Shown here: positions 48,897 to 61,095 of the stretch, one piece after another
Layout: every line of letters begins with the position of its first letter
How positions within the stretch are numbered: the stretch's first letter is position 1
Assembly (NCBI RefSeq): GCF_036321535.1
Contig: NC_087436.1
Span: 78,866,001 to 78,930,000, forward strand
DNA from: Camelus dromedarius
Lineage: Eukaryota
Reading direction: 5' to 3'
DNA length: 64,000 nucleotides
Notes under the pieces: model-generated
Seen by the model: the letters and a program-made list of their open reading frames with translations, nothing else
Told to the model about the DNA's origin: nothing
Databases searched by the model: none
Position numbers and translations under genes: made by a program

Positions 48897-49102
48897 GCAG
48901 AGTTTCTCAGCTTTGGTGTTAATTAATGTTTCGGACTTGATAAGGGGGCTGTCCTGTAATTGTAGAATGTTTGGTAGTACTCTGGTTTCCATCCACTCGA
49001 TACTAGTAGCAACCTCCCCTCCAGCTGTGACATCCAAAAATGTCTCCAGACATTGCCAAATGCTCCTTGCCAGGGAGTGTCACCCCTGGCTGAGAACCAC
49101 TG
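48897..49102 (-). mobile_element. MER20 hAT-Charlie MITE
   Basis: 'ggggctgtcctgtaattgtagaatgttt...gtgacatccaaaaatgtctccagacattgccaaatg...tgagaaccactg'. Confidence 0.85.
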
Positions 49103-49145
49103 GTCTAAAGCCTTAAAAATGCACATAGAAATGCATCCTATGGAA

Positions 49146-49383
49146 GGGGGAAGGATAAATTAGAAATATGGGATTAACAGACACCAACTATTTTACATGA
49201 ACTAAATAAGCAACAAAGACTTACTGTATAGCACAGGGAACTATATTCAATATCTTGTAATAACTATAATGGAAAAGAATCTCAAAAATACACATATAAC
49301 GGAATCACTTTGCTGTACACCTGAAACTAACACAATATCGTAAACCAACTACGCATCAATTAAATAAATAAATAATTTTAAAA
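49146..49383 (+). mobile_element. 5'-truncated lineage L1 3'UTR
   Basis: TSD AGAAATGCATCCTATGGAA (49127-49145) / AGAAATGTGTCCTATGGAA (49384-49402), 17/19; L1 3'UTR motifs in between. Confidence 0.88.
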
Positions 49384-50051
49384 AGAAATGTGTCCTATGG
49401 AAACACATCTAGAAATGTCTTCGCAGAAACAGGTAAGGACGTGCGTGAAGATGAAGCTACTAGAATGGGGCACTGCTGATAAGAGCAGCCACTGCAAGAA
49501 GAGAACCACTTAAGTTTCCAACAACAGGGGGTTAAGTCCCTCCAAACTCTGCAATACTCCACTGCTATTAAAGAATCCACGATCCACATCTTTCCAGGCA
49601 TGAAATACATCTATGATGCGTCAACAAGTGACCAAAGCTGGCAACAAAACAGGAGTGTAGTAGAACTGCAGAAAGTGAGACTACAGTTACGCACAGAGAA
49701 AAAAGTCTAGAAGGATACAGCCCAAAATGGTAACAATAGGCATCTCTACATAGAGAGGGGGCTACAAGTGATATTTTTTCTTTTGCATGCTTGTATTTTC
49801 TAGGCTGTCTACAATGAACAAGTATTACTTAACTTACAAGATGGAAAATGAAATTCTTCAGAAAGAAAGAGTAGCCCCAGCTCTCGGGCTCCCCCTCCAC
49901 TCTCTGCTTCCCCCAGTTGGTAAAAGGAGCATGTTGCCTGATGAAACTGTTAACTCAGAGTCTTCCTATTCTGCGTCTCTCCCACCCTGCTCACTTCTCC
50001 ACCCACTCTGTCCTCCCAGGATTCCAGTTAAAAGTGGGGCTATGCAGACTA

Positions 50052-50157
50052 GGGGGAGGCGAGGTATACATAGCTCAGTGGTAAAGCACATGCTTAGCAT
50101 GCACGAGGTCCTGGGTTCAATCCTCAGTGCCTCAAACAAACAAACAAACAAACAAAC
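50052..50157 (+). mobile_element. Camelid tRNA-Ala-derived SINE (Vic-1 type) with (CAAA)n tail
   Basis: 'atagctcagtggtaaagcacatgcttagcatgcacgaggtcctgggttcaatcc' followed by (aaac)n. Confidence 0.88.
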
Positions 50158-50364
50158 AGCAGGGCTATCAGCTTTGAAAAGAGAGGCATTTGCCATTCCA
50201 CCATCAGCAAAGCGTTAGAGGTGCCCTACCACCCCTGGTGGCCCTGGTCTCTCCATGGCCAGCTCTCTGCAGCAGCAGCAGGATATTTCCTCTGTCACAT
50301 TCCAGATTCTCTAGGCCAAGGAGTTCGGACCCTGGGCCGCCCTCCTCCCCCACCACCACCCCGC

Positions 50365-50366
<2 letters not shown>

Positions 50367-50404
<38 letters not shown>
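50367..50404. repeat. (CA)19 microsatellite
   Basis: Read directly. Confidence 0.95.
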
Positions 50405-50405
<1 letters not shown>

Positions 50406-51274
50406 CTAGCACCTCGGGCTCCGCCAGGGCTAGCTAGGTGGGCAGCCAAGATGAAACATCCAGCCATTGCTTCTGCCTCTTGCCAGCCGTGCCGGGGAAC
50501 GGACTGCTGGGAAAGAGGTGCCAAGCACTGGTTAGGATGAGTGTGTGGCCCTCTGGCAATTCACTGGGCTACAATTGTCTCTTTCCTTCCAGCTTCAGGC
50601 TGGGAGCTGCCCCAAGGGATGGACTCTGGCAGGCTGATTCTGTGGAGGCTCGGGTCACTGGCTCAGTGGCTCCCAGGTCCGGCAGAGGAAAGTGTCTCCA
50701 TGGGTGTAGGTGTGGGTATGTGTGTGTTGAGGGCAGATAAAGGAAAGTGGCGGGGCAAGACGACAGGTCAGCCAGGCTGAGTGGGTTTGTCCTCAGCATC
50801 TGTGCCCATGCTCTTCTGCAGACTCTGTGACCACTAGCCCTGGCCAGAGACTGGCTGGATGGGTGGGGGGCTGGAGGGTCCTCCTTTGAACTGCTACATG
50901 CCAGGCACAGTCCTGGCTCCCTCTCAGATCACCTTAACCAATGAGCCTCACTTTGTCACTTTGGAGTCAGTAACACTGTAGGTGAAGAACTGTGATGGGA
51001 AGAATCTAAGTTGCTTATCTGAGGTCACATCACCAGAAGGGAAGGCTCTGAGAGTCCCAGGTTTCTCTTCCTCACACCTCTCTTCCTGCCTCCAAGTACC
51101 TGTGAAGTAGCATCAAATATCTAGTGCAATCAAGACAAGTTCCATGATAAGAAAGTAATTCCTCAGGGCCAAGGCCCATGGTCCTGGCAATTCCTTGGGA
51201 AACAGGATTAGAACATCAATTGTGGCAGGAGAGGGTGCCAAGGACACACACAAGGAACGTTACCCTGGGTGGTG

Positions 51275-51436
51275 GCCCCTTCATGCCTCGTGGTTGTGTG
51301 ACCAACATGAGAACATAAGGCCTCATGCTTGGTTAAATACTCTGCCATCACCAGTCAGAAAGTCCTAATAATCACTGAACAAGGGTCCTGTTTTTTCATT
51401 TTACACTGAGCCTTGGAAATTAGGTAGCTGGTCCTG
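51275..51436 (+). mobile_element. MER91A-like hAT-Tip100 MITE
   Basis: 'tgcttggttaaatactctgccatcacc...aataatcactgaacaagggtcctg...ttcattttacactgagcc...aaattaggtagctggtcctg'. Confidence 0.6.
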
Positions 51437-52269
51437 CTTCTGGGAAAGTTTCTTGCTCACCTTCTCCCAACCTTCCCTGCCGCCAGTCTCAGTGATTCCA
51501 AGCAGGCCAGGGCCCCACACAGTCACAGTAAGTGATGCCTTCCCAGCCTGCGTTTGAAGCCAAAACCAAACCAACAAAAGCCCCAAAGCCAAGCAATTAG
51601 TCAACATCTCCTCACCAAGACAAAGCCCCTCCCCGCTCAAAAGCTGCCCCCTTGAGCCCCCTTTTCCCCCTCAAGACCCTACCCCCAAGGTCTTGCTGCC
51701 ATTTTTATGTGACTCACAAGTCGAACGACCATTTTCTCTTCATTTTCTTGTATAAATTTGCACCTGTTTCTGTGGCTATTATTACAGTTGTCCTCTCATC
51801 CCTGCTCACACACTGCACACAATCACAAAGGATATTCCAAACAGGCCAAGAATCTCTCCTCTAAATGCCAGGAATCTCTCCAATGAACTGCCTATCTGAT
51901 GGTTTCAAGACCCCACGCTGCCTCCAGTCAATTTTTGCTAACATATGTCACCCCAGGGACTAGCCAGAGGTAGGTGGGCCAACGCTGGCATCAGCAGACG
52001 TCCTTTGGCAGGTTCCTAGGAGGGCTACAGCTCCAGGGCTATTCCTAGCAAGCCGCAGCCCGGGAGATGGGCAGACCTCATCTGCTCCCTCTGCCCAAGG
52101 GAGAGGAGGACAGGGTCAGAGAGCTGGAGACATCATGACCCTTTGATACATCTCTCACAAGGATGAGCTCTCCTTGAAGGAAGGTTATACACAACTGAGT
52201 TTTCTATCTAGGTGGTACCTATAATAACCAAAGGGAGGAATGCAGATTAGTTTTCTTGTGTATCTGGGG

Positions 52270-52783
52270 CTGGTAGGCAGAATAACGGCCTCCCAAAGAT
52301 GTCCACATCCTAGTCCCTGGTACCTGTGAGTATGTTTCATTACATGGCAAAGGGGAAGTAAGGTTACAGGTGGAATTAAGGTTGTTAATCAGCTGTCTTT
52401 CAAGAATAGATTATCCTGAATTATCCAAGTGGGCCCAATAGAATCACAAGGGTCCTTAAAAGTGGAAGAGAAGTAGAAAATGAGGTCAGAGGGACGCTAT
52501 GTGAGAAGCACTTGACCCACTAGGTGGAGGATAGAGCCTGGCTTTGAAGACAGAGAAAGGGGCCACGAGCCAAGAAACGCAGGCAGCCTCCAGAAGCCGG
52601 AAAAGGCAAGAGAATGGATTCTCCCCCAGAGCCTCCAGAAAGGAATGTAGCCCTGTTGCCACCTTGATTTTAGCCTACTGAGACCTATGTGGACCTCTAA
52701 TGTATAGAACTGTAAGATTATACATTTGTTTTGCTGTAAATCACTAACATAATCTGTTGCAGCAACAAGAGAAAAGAAATGCA
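52270..52783 (+). mobile_element. MLT1D-like (MaLR) solo LTR
   Basis: 'tggtaggcagaataacggcctcccaaagatgtccacatcc...acatggcaaaggg...aatcacaagggtccttaaaagtggaagag...gagcctccagaaaggaa...gcagcaacaagagaaa'. Confidence 0.9.
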
Positions 52784-54021
52784 CTACCTCCTTAGATTCT
52801 TATCCTCGGAGTGCTTCTAACAAGCAGAGCTAAGTAGAGGCAGGGAAAGGCCCTTGGAGGAGTCATCACTGCTTCCCTAGTGACAAGACCACAGCAAAAT
52901 TGTGAACTAAGTAAAATGGTGAAAAACACCCTTTGTTTTTTGTCTTTGGGTTGTCCCACAATCCAAATGGGTCCCTCATCTGAGGGGCTCCATGGAGACC
53001 TACCCCACACAGACCCATTGAACCCAGAAGCTCCCAGGCCTTTCCTTCAGCCTATCAAAGCTTAATTAGCCTATCTATTAAATAAAGCATGAAAGCGATC
53101 ATACTGACTACAGATACAAGACAGGGATAATGCACGAGAGTACGTAAATGAACACTCGTTTACTGTTCATCCTTTTAGGACATGCTGGCATGTTTAATGA
53201 GGCTCACTCCGGCCCAGCAGCACTTAACCTTTTTAAAGTCACAGGCTCTGCTGAGAATCCAATCAAGAAAAATGCCAACAAATACAAAACCTATTTCAGG
53301 GGCTTATGAAACCCTCAAGTATCCAGCCCCAGCCAGGAACCCCTGCCCCAATTGCTAGGACAGCTGAGGAAGGTAATTTGATGGCCATGTAAGGCCTGTG
53401 TCCCCAAAATCACTTCTCACTGTTGGCAACTTCCTGGTTATACACAAAGCTGACCCTGGATCCAACCTACAAAACTCCAGAATTATGTACGAGTACATCT
53501 TTCCCACTGGTTTAACAGACCTAGGGGGTTACAGACCAGAAGCAAGTGATGGGGTAAAATGTGAGAAGGATGGAGAAAAGGAGCAGTGAGAAATAACCAG
53601 GGGGAGTGGGGGGCAGCTTTTTGATAAAGCAATGGCAGATCCTGTGGGCAGAGAGGTGCAAAATTACCATTTTCTGTTAAATAGGCCCTGACTACCACCA
53701 GGCTGAGCCCGGGAGAAGGGGGCAGATTGACACCCGTATCTCTGTCACTGTCACTGAGAGGGTAGATCTCAACCAATCGTGGGCAATGCTACCCTGATCC
53801 AACCCCTCCAGAGCTGCCCACGAATCCAGTACCCAGATCACTGCTGTGTAGGAAGTAAGTCAGTGCCTCTCAAGATAGTGTCACCTGAGGCTACCCAGCG
53901 GGGCTCAGGAATCAAAAGAAGACTCGCAAGCCCTGACTGCCTCTTACCAGCTCTGCGATCTTGGGCCAATGAGTCCGCCCTGCACTCTGCCTGCTCAGGT
54001 GCAAAATGCAGTGATACCAGG

Positions 54022-54318
54022 ACAAGCCCACAGTCCCTTATCAAAACCCAAGGGTCAGACGTGCTTCCAGATTCAGAATTTCTTAGATTTGAGAAAGGTA
54101 ATAGAATGCCTATGCATTATAGTAACATGCAGAGTGGGTCTGTCATCCAAAACATCAATATGAATATTCGGACTAAATAGGATAAATAGTTTAGGTCCAA
54201 TTTTGCTACCAAATGCATTCATCAGGTTAAGCTTCCTCTCTACATTCGTTATGAAATAATTTCGTTTTCAAAGTTTTGTTGTTGTTCAGAACTGCAGTTA
54301 AGACACTAAGGCCCTGCA
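54022..54318. mobile_element. Ancient Tigger-class MITE (MamRep434-like)
   Basis: 'ccacagtcccttatc...cagacgtgcttccagattcagaatt...gagaaaggtaata...tatgaatattc...ttttgctaccaaatg'. Confidence 0.55.
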
Positions 54319-54849
54319 GGATTACTGTTTCATGAATTAAAAGAGTTAGAATGCCCACCTCTAGCAATCCCTGCCCCTCACCTCAGGCCTGCTTCTGTGC
54401 TGGCATTCATCACCCTGAACTGCAGTTCCCTTCTAGATCTTGTGGGTAGGAGTGATAGCTTGCTCATCTGTGTATTCCCAGCAGCTGGCCCACACTAGGC
54501 ACACGTCCATAAATGCATGGAAAGCAGAACTTAATTAGGCCTCTAAACCTTTAGCCTGTCTGTCTCCAAGCAGGTGGAAAAGTGCATCCCAGAAGCGCCC
54601 CCTCCCTGCTCCTGAACCCCAGCACAGGGCAAACACCAGTCTGTCTACTCAGAATCATCACAACGGTGCCTGGGGAACCTCTTTTGCACTTTAAAATATA
54701 CATGTTTTTTTCATAAACCCAATTAATGTCCACTAGGAACGGCCCTGACCAAGGGGAAAGTAGGGAGATTAGCATTTTAGTTAATCAGCAAAAATGTATG
54801 AGTCCAAAATCTTCCCTCCAACCTCTAGACTAAAGGAGCACCTGGCAGC

Positions 54850-55800
54850 CCCAGGGGGCCCAGAGAGGCCAGCTTGTCCGACTGCTTCTCCAGGACCGCG
54901 CCCACACATCGGGCAGTCTGGGCACAGGGCCAGCGGGAGCTCTGCTCTCAGGGCTGTGCATTTCTCCTTCCCTGCGAAGACTCCAGGCCTGGCTGGGTTT
55001 GGAAGGCTCTCTGCCGCCTCTTCGGGCTCATCATTGAATGAGAGAAACCCAGCCCGGCTCCCCTGAGGGAGGCTGAACCGGCCCCAGATCTAAACAGGCG
55101 CCAGCTACCGCCTGAGAACCACTCAAAAGGAAAAAGGACTTGGAGAGCGCAGCCCCTTTCCAAGAGAAAGGAGGGGGAAGATTCAACAGCGGGAGGAGCT
55201 GAAACATCCACTTGGGTAACTGTCCTGGGTGAGGGTTGTCACTTGTGTCACGGGGCCATGTTGACCTGACGCAAGTTAGGATTAAGCCCTCGGCCCCCCT
55301 CAGATGCACAGTGAACACCTAGGACCCGGTGTCTTCCCAAGGTTATTATCTGTTGGTGGGTCAGAAACATTTACAAAGGGCCCTTGTATCTCAGGCAGCA
55401 GAGAAGCCTGGGTCCAGGATGCCCCTTAAAGTGTGTCTTGTCCCGGGCTGCGCTGCACTGCATCCCCCGCGCCCGATCTGAGAAGCGTCTGCTCCTCAGC
55501 GAATGAAGATGACTGTGAAGCCACTGACCCTCAGAGATGAAAGAGCCTGAGAGAAGGGCTCCATCGACCTCCAGATCTAGGATGGACACGTCTACTGGAG
55601 CCGGACACATCTACATAGCGGATTCACAGCACCAGTTAGCATGTCTGGTCCTGGGAGTGATAGTAATGACGCCACCGCTACTCCTCCTGGAGGGGAAGAT
55701 GGCGAGGGGAGGCGCTGAGGCTGCGCAGTTGGCGGCTGCACCTAATGAAGTCTTCACATCAGTCCTAAGAAAGGGTTCAGGACCCTGTTCCACGCAGGTG
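54850..55800. promoter_or_regulatory. CpG-enriched, GC-rich block with no recognisable repeat (weak CpG island, candidate regulatory element)
   Basis: About 36 CpG in ~960 bp by hand count; YY1-type AAGATGGCG at 55696-55704; TGACGCAA at 55267-55274. Confidence 0.4.
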
Positions 55801-56227
55801 GAGGCTTTTGCCTAAGGCTATTTGTTTGAGGCTTGCTACTGAGTTTTTGTTTTTGTTTTTCCACCTCTTCTGAACAGCTTTTCCCCCAGGTATGACACCC
55901 TACCCCACCCCAGAAAACAAGCTCTCACCACCCTCGCAAAGTATTCCAGGTCCATATCACTGGCTTTACTCTCCCCGCTACAATGAAACTCCCACCCCTC
56001 CGTATCAGTCCTGTGTAAGAAGATGTGTGCTGAGAGGGAGACCCTGCAACTATTTCCACTTCCAAAATGCTGCCTCTTATCGACCCTAAGGCATCTCGGG
56101 CTAGTGGAATTCCAGACAATGTAACAGTAGCCTTACACCAGTTCTGAGACAGGGGAGGGGGAAGGGAACGCAGTGTTTAACTGAGAGGAGCACAGCGTTC
56201 CTCCCAGGCCACCTGCGCCCTGGTCAG

Positions 56228-56410
56228 AGCGCCTCCAACACACAGAGTATAAGAGCCACCTGCAGCGCCTGTTAAAATGCAGAGCCACGGGCTGCTCCCA
56301 GAGGTCCTCATCCTGTAGAGTCGGGGGAGAGCCCCCAAATCAGCACGTTCAATGAGCAACTCAGATGAGCCCAGTACACAGCTCCCAGACCACCCTGAGA
56401 ACTACCGCCT
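56228..56410. mobile_element. MER5A-like MITE
   Basis: 'gagccacctgcagcgcctgttaaaatgcaga...ccagaggt...agaccaccctgagaactac'. Confidence 0.6.
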
Positions 56411-56539
56411 GCTTCTCAGCTTCTACCCCTCCCCACTTCTGAAAACTGCCTCTGAAAGCTGTTTCCCCCCAAGAACTGGGGCCATTGGTAGGGGAAAGGT
56501 GGTCCCCCAGGTTTTCTTTGTGGACGATGTAGCCAGAAT

Positions 56540-57080
56540 CACCCCCACTAATACTCGACACTTAAGTATTTATAGATGCAATTGTCTGGAATTTGCTTCA
56601 ACACAATCCTAAAGGGAAAAAAAAAACCCAAAAACTATAAAGGACATTGCTAGGATACCTGATGACATTTGACTATCCACTGTGGATTAGATAATATCAA
56701 GGTTAAATCCCTGGTTTCAATCATTGTGCTGTGGCTATATTCTTATTATTATGAAATATATACTGAAGTATTTAGACATAAAAAGACAGAATATCTCCAA
56801 CTTATTCTCAAATGGCTCAAAAAAAAATAGTACATACACACATATATATACAATACATATGCACAGAAAACACGATAAAGACAATGGTATAAGATGCAAA
56901 TTGTTCAGTCTGGGTAGAGTATATATGGGAGTTGCCTTAAAGCTGCTCTCTGTGTCTGAAATTATATATCAAAGTAAAATGTTATAAAGAAAAAAATCCC
57001 CAGCCTAGGAGGGGTTGTGGGAGTACAGACTCCATTCTCTTTACTTTTGTGTGCATTTGACATTTTCTATCATTGAAACA
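56540..57080 (+). mobile_element. Ancient L1M 3' fragments
   Basis: 'aactataaaggacatt...ttagataatatcaaggttaaat...tactgaagtatttag...caacttattctcaaatggctc'. Confidence 0.6.
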
Positions 57081-59278
57081 ATTTCCTCTACCAAGCCCAG
57101 GTATGGTTTGAGTGGCACTGACCCTGGGCTGCTGGAAACCTAGACATCGTTTACAACATCACAGGCGATGGTCTGTGAACCAGGAGTACCACCTGGATTC
57201 ACGACAAGGTCCTCCACATTCTGTCCTCCCAATACCCAGCAACTAGAGATGCACCTTCACAATCTTACCCTTACAGTGTTATTTTTTCTGATGATAAAAT
57301 TAATATCAAATCTTTTGGGGGGGATCTTCCATAAAGGTAATTATAAACTAGAAAATAAAATTAAAATCACCTTTTAGACATACATTGTCTCTATCACAAA
57401 AGGAATTTTTATTAGGACAGGTGAGTTAGCTTCTACCGAGAATTTAGATTAATCTCTTACACTTTTCCTTCCATGGTTTGGGATATAAAATTAAGCCAGA
57501 ATGACAGACTGATTTTTTTAAAGTTCTCATTAAATTAGAACAGAATTGTGAAGGGATAGAAGCTGAAGATTATACGCATCATATGATAACAAGGATGCAC
57601 ATGCAGAGGTGATATTAAAAGTATTTGACATCAGCCAATCAAAACCAGTCAGAACAGATTTAGATTTAAGCCCCACAGCTGCCAGGTATTGATCCTTAAG
57701 CTCTTGGATTGTTGGGAATTCCAGGAGTACCAGGGGAGGCACAGCTATTCAATATTTTAACCACTGGTAGAGCCCTAGCAGCACACACTCACTGAACAGC
57801 AGCTCTGTGCACGAGGGAATATTAGCACTAATAACTGTGGTTTATTCTGACCCTCATGGGAGCTCTGCCAAGTTTAGGTTCATATCCAGTCTACACTCAG
57901 AGGGTAGTGACAACTCTCCCTAGAGCTCCAGATGGAGTCAAGACCCTGGAGCAACTTGAGTAGGGCTAAAAAATGTTAATGACTCACCCACTTGTCAAGA
58001 GCTAGGGAGCCAAACACAATGGATTTGGGGGTGGGAGACAGGAGGGGCAGGTATGTGGGCACTATTCACACTTGCTAATAAATACCTTCTTTTGCTTATA
58101 AAGAGACTCTAGGGCAAAACAAACACTTTCAGGGACACTCTAGTGAGTCATAGGTTGAGACTAGAGACGAGCTACATTGTAACCATCTGCAAAAGCTGCT
58201 TATGAACATATTTATTAAAGGAGCAGATTGACAAACTACTCCACGAAACAGTTAAATTTCAGGCATTCATTTCTAATTTCATGCATGAAACTTTTAAAGA
58301 GGTAAGAGTATTTTATTTTCTATTTCTACCCGTACTGAGAGAACATTAAGTTGGATACACTACTGGGAGGAAACCACAGCTGTTCCTTTGATTTATAAAA
58401 GGTAGGAGGGGAGAGATCAGATCTCTGTTTTTTGGGTTTTTGGTTTTTTGTTTTACACTGTACTTGGCTCAACATCACAGGAAATTAACTGCTTGCTTGA
58501 CAAGTGCATTTTGATGATGAGGTGGAAGATGCTGTCTATGGAAGATGGCTTGGCTCATTTGGGTCACAGATTGCATTTACAAGCCATTATCTCTTTAGGG
58601 AACCAAGCTAAAACCAATACAGTCAAATTGCAAGTGCATGATGATATTTACATAACAGTGATATAAAAAGAAAACTAATTTAAACCCAAGTTCTAAACTC
58701 TATTCTTTATCTCTTCATTTCCAAGTCCACTGGTATTTGACTTTCTTCCCCCATTTCCAGGGCAATCTCAGGAAATTTCCACAATCCTGAAGACCTTAAT
58801 TACACATCAATGTCTCCTCTGTATATGGAGAGTAGTAACCAGCTCCTAAGCAGCCACCCAACAACCACCCCAAAGACACGGATTAAGCGCCGGCCTGAAG
58901 TCGGCAGCCTACATGCAGCATTTGACTCAGAGGTTTTACTCCACGGCTACACTACAGTCCTGCTCTGCGCAGCCCCCCCACGTCTGATCTTTACAATACA
59001 GTTTTCCATACTCTCTAGCTGGCAGCTATTGTTTTGTTTCCCTGATCACAGAGCCAGCACCTTCCTCTTAAGTAAGATGCTTCATTTCTAGGCTGTTTGT
59101 GCCAATAAAAAGGACCTGCTGGGTTAGGTTAAGTGGACCTTAAAATGCTTTTTTAGATAAAGTCTGAGGCACGAGCACTGAAATTTGGCTCTGACTTTAT
59201 CACCCGAGTTTCTGTGTCACCTGAAGGACAAAAACAATGACCAGCCGAGAAAACCATTCATCAGTTTGGAGAAAGTGT

Positions 59279-59292
59279 GTCACCATGGAAAC
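59279..59292. promoter_or_regulatory. RFX X-box-like motif
   Basis: GTCACCATGGAAAC. Confidence 0.3.
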
Positions 59293-59332
59293 CTTGGTAA
59301 AAAAGTCACTCATTTTCCATCTTTTTCTTTTT

Positions 59333-59465
59333 CTTTTCTTTTCTTGTTTTTTAAATATTTTCTTTTTCTTCTTCCTTTTTTTTTTTTTTTTTTTTAACAG
59401 CAATACTGGGGTTTGAACCCAGGACCCTGTGCAAGCTATGCAGGTCCTTTACCACCCACCCACCC
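59333..59465 (-). mobile_element. Divergent Vic-1-type SINE
   Basis: Long T tract followed by 'atactggggtttgaacccaggaccctgtgcaagctatgc'; perfect 17-bp TSD TCCATCTTTTTCTTTTT at 59316-59332 and 59466-59482. Confidence 0.82.
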
Positions 59466-60149
59466 TCCATCTTTTTCTTTTTAATTCAGTTCTCCCACAG
59501 GGAATTTAACAATTCCCTGAGCCCAGAACAACCTTCCCCTGCCCTGCCTCACCCCATAAATACCGAGAAGAGCAACAGAGAATCCTGCAAGCTCTCCACT
59601 GAGGACAGGGCGACTCAGGTGGATATGGGTGCAGAGGGGCAGGCAGATTTCTGGGCCATTGAGAAGGGCTCCTCTCTCCGTAGTCCCTCCCCCTAAATCA
59701 CATGGAAAGTTCTCTTACAGGGGAAAACACATTTTTAAAGTTAAGAGACAAAATGCAAACTTTCCTTAGAAAGAAAGGCCACAAAGAGATTAAACTCATT
59801 CACCTATCTCTTCCTTCATCCATTCCCCCAACACTGTGCATGTTGAGCAGAGGCTGTGTGCCGGGTCCTGGGGAGGCAGAAATGCCTTGGAAGGGCTCAG
59901 AGCCTCCTGGAAAAGGCAGACACTTACAACTCACTGTAAAGACACGACTGGAGACAAGCGTAGAGGGTAGGGAGCAGTGGAGAAGAGCACTCTAAAATAT
60001 GAGCCCAGAGCCTCTCCAGGGAATGGAGGGGACACCAAAGAGGGAAGGTCATGAGAGGGAGTGAAGGCAGGCCTTGGAGCAGAGGCATTGGCTGTCCCAG
60101 CAGCCATGCCCGCTTCTCCCTTCCCCCAGAGCCTGGGTTTTGTTTGGCT

Positions 60150-60440
60150 GTTAACCCCCACCTTATGTGGCATGTGGCTCAGCGGCCAACCCTGATTAGC
60201 CTGCATCATCTGTCACTAATGGTTTAACCAGGGACACGGGACACAACCCTCCTAGTGAGACTTGAGGAGACAGCTGTGAGACACAGGGAGAGTTTCTCTC
60301 TGATGAGACTTCAGGAGCAGGCAGCCTCTGTCTTCTGTAGGACAGTGCTGTAACTCCATGTGCTGCCTGGAGCTCCGGGAGCCATTCTGTAACCATGAGG
60401 AAAACTAAATTCCACAAGGCCACCACGGCAGAAATGAAAC
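60150..60440 (+). mobile_element. Old MLT1 (J/K/L-like) LTR fragment
   Basis: 'ccagggacacgggacacaac...tgcctggagctccgggagccattctgtaaccatgagg'. Confidence 0.45.
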
Positions 60441-60944
60441 CTGCTGTTTGATAATGTTGATAATTGATAATGACTCAATAAGTCATCCCAGAAGTGCCCT
60501 GCCTCAGGATTACTGATCAGTGGAATTAGAAATTTTCCTTATCATTAAGCCATTTAAAGTCGAGTTTTGTGCTTCTTGAGGCCAGAAGCATCCCTTGTGG
60601 AAGGTGGCCCTCTCCTGAGGCCTCCTCACCTTTACCAGTTCATCTGTTTAGCAGGCAAGCTGAATTCCCAAGGGTCATGCGCAGAGCCTTCCTGTTATTT
60701 TCCCCCAGCTCTACTCATGAAAATAAAATTAATTTCTCAGCCTATGAATTAAACATCGCTACTGCCGGCTGAAAGATTTTAGCAACACCCTTTTGCTGGC
60801 AAGAGAAGCAGGATCCCGACATGTTCTAAAATAAGCTACAAGGAGGCAGGAGGGAAGGAGGGGGAGCAAAGGGGAGGAGGCCGTTGAAAGGGAAAAGGAA
60901 GAGCTGCTGAGTCCCACTCGCATCTCTGCCCCGCCGGCCTGTGC

Positions 60945-61095
60945 GGTCCCACGAGCAGATGGGTCACCTGGAGACCTTATTAAAATACAGGTGCTGATTA
61001 AATAGGTCCAGGATGGGGTCTGGGAGCATCTTCTAACAAGCTCCCAGGTGCTGCTGTTGTTGGTCAGCAGGTTGCAGCCCATGGGGACCCTGCCA
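60945..61095. mobile_element. MER5A-like MITE
   Basis: 'tcacctggagaccttattaaaatacag...taggtccaggatgggg...ttctaacaagctcccaggtgctgctg'. Confidence 0.7.
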
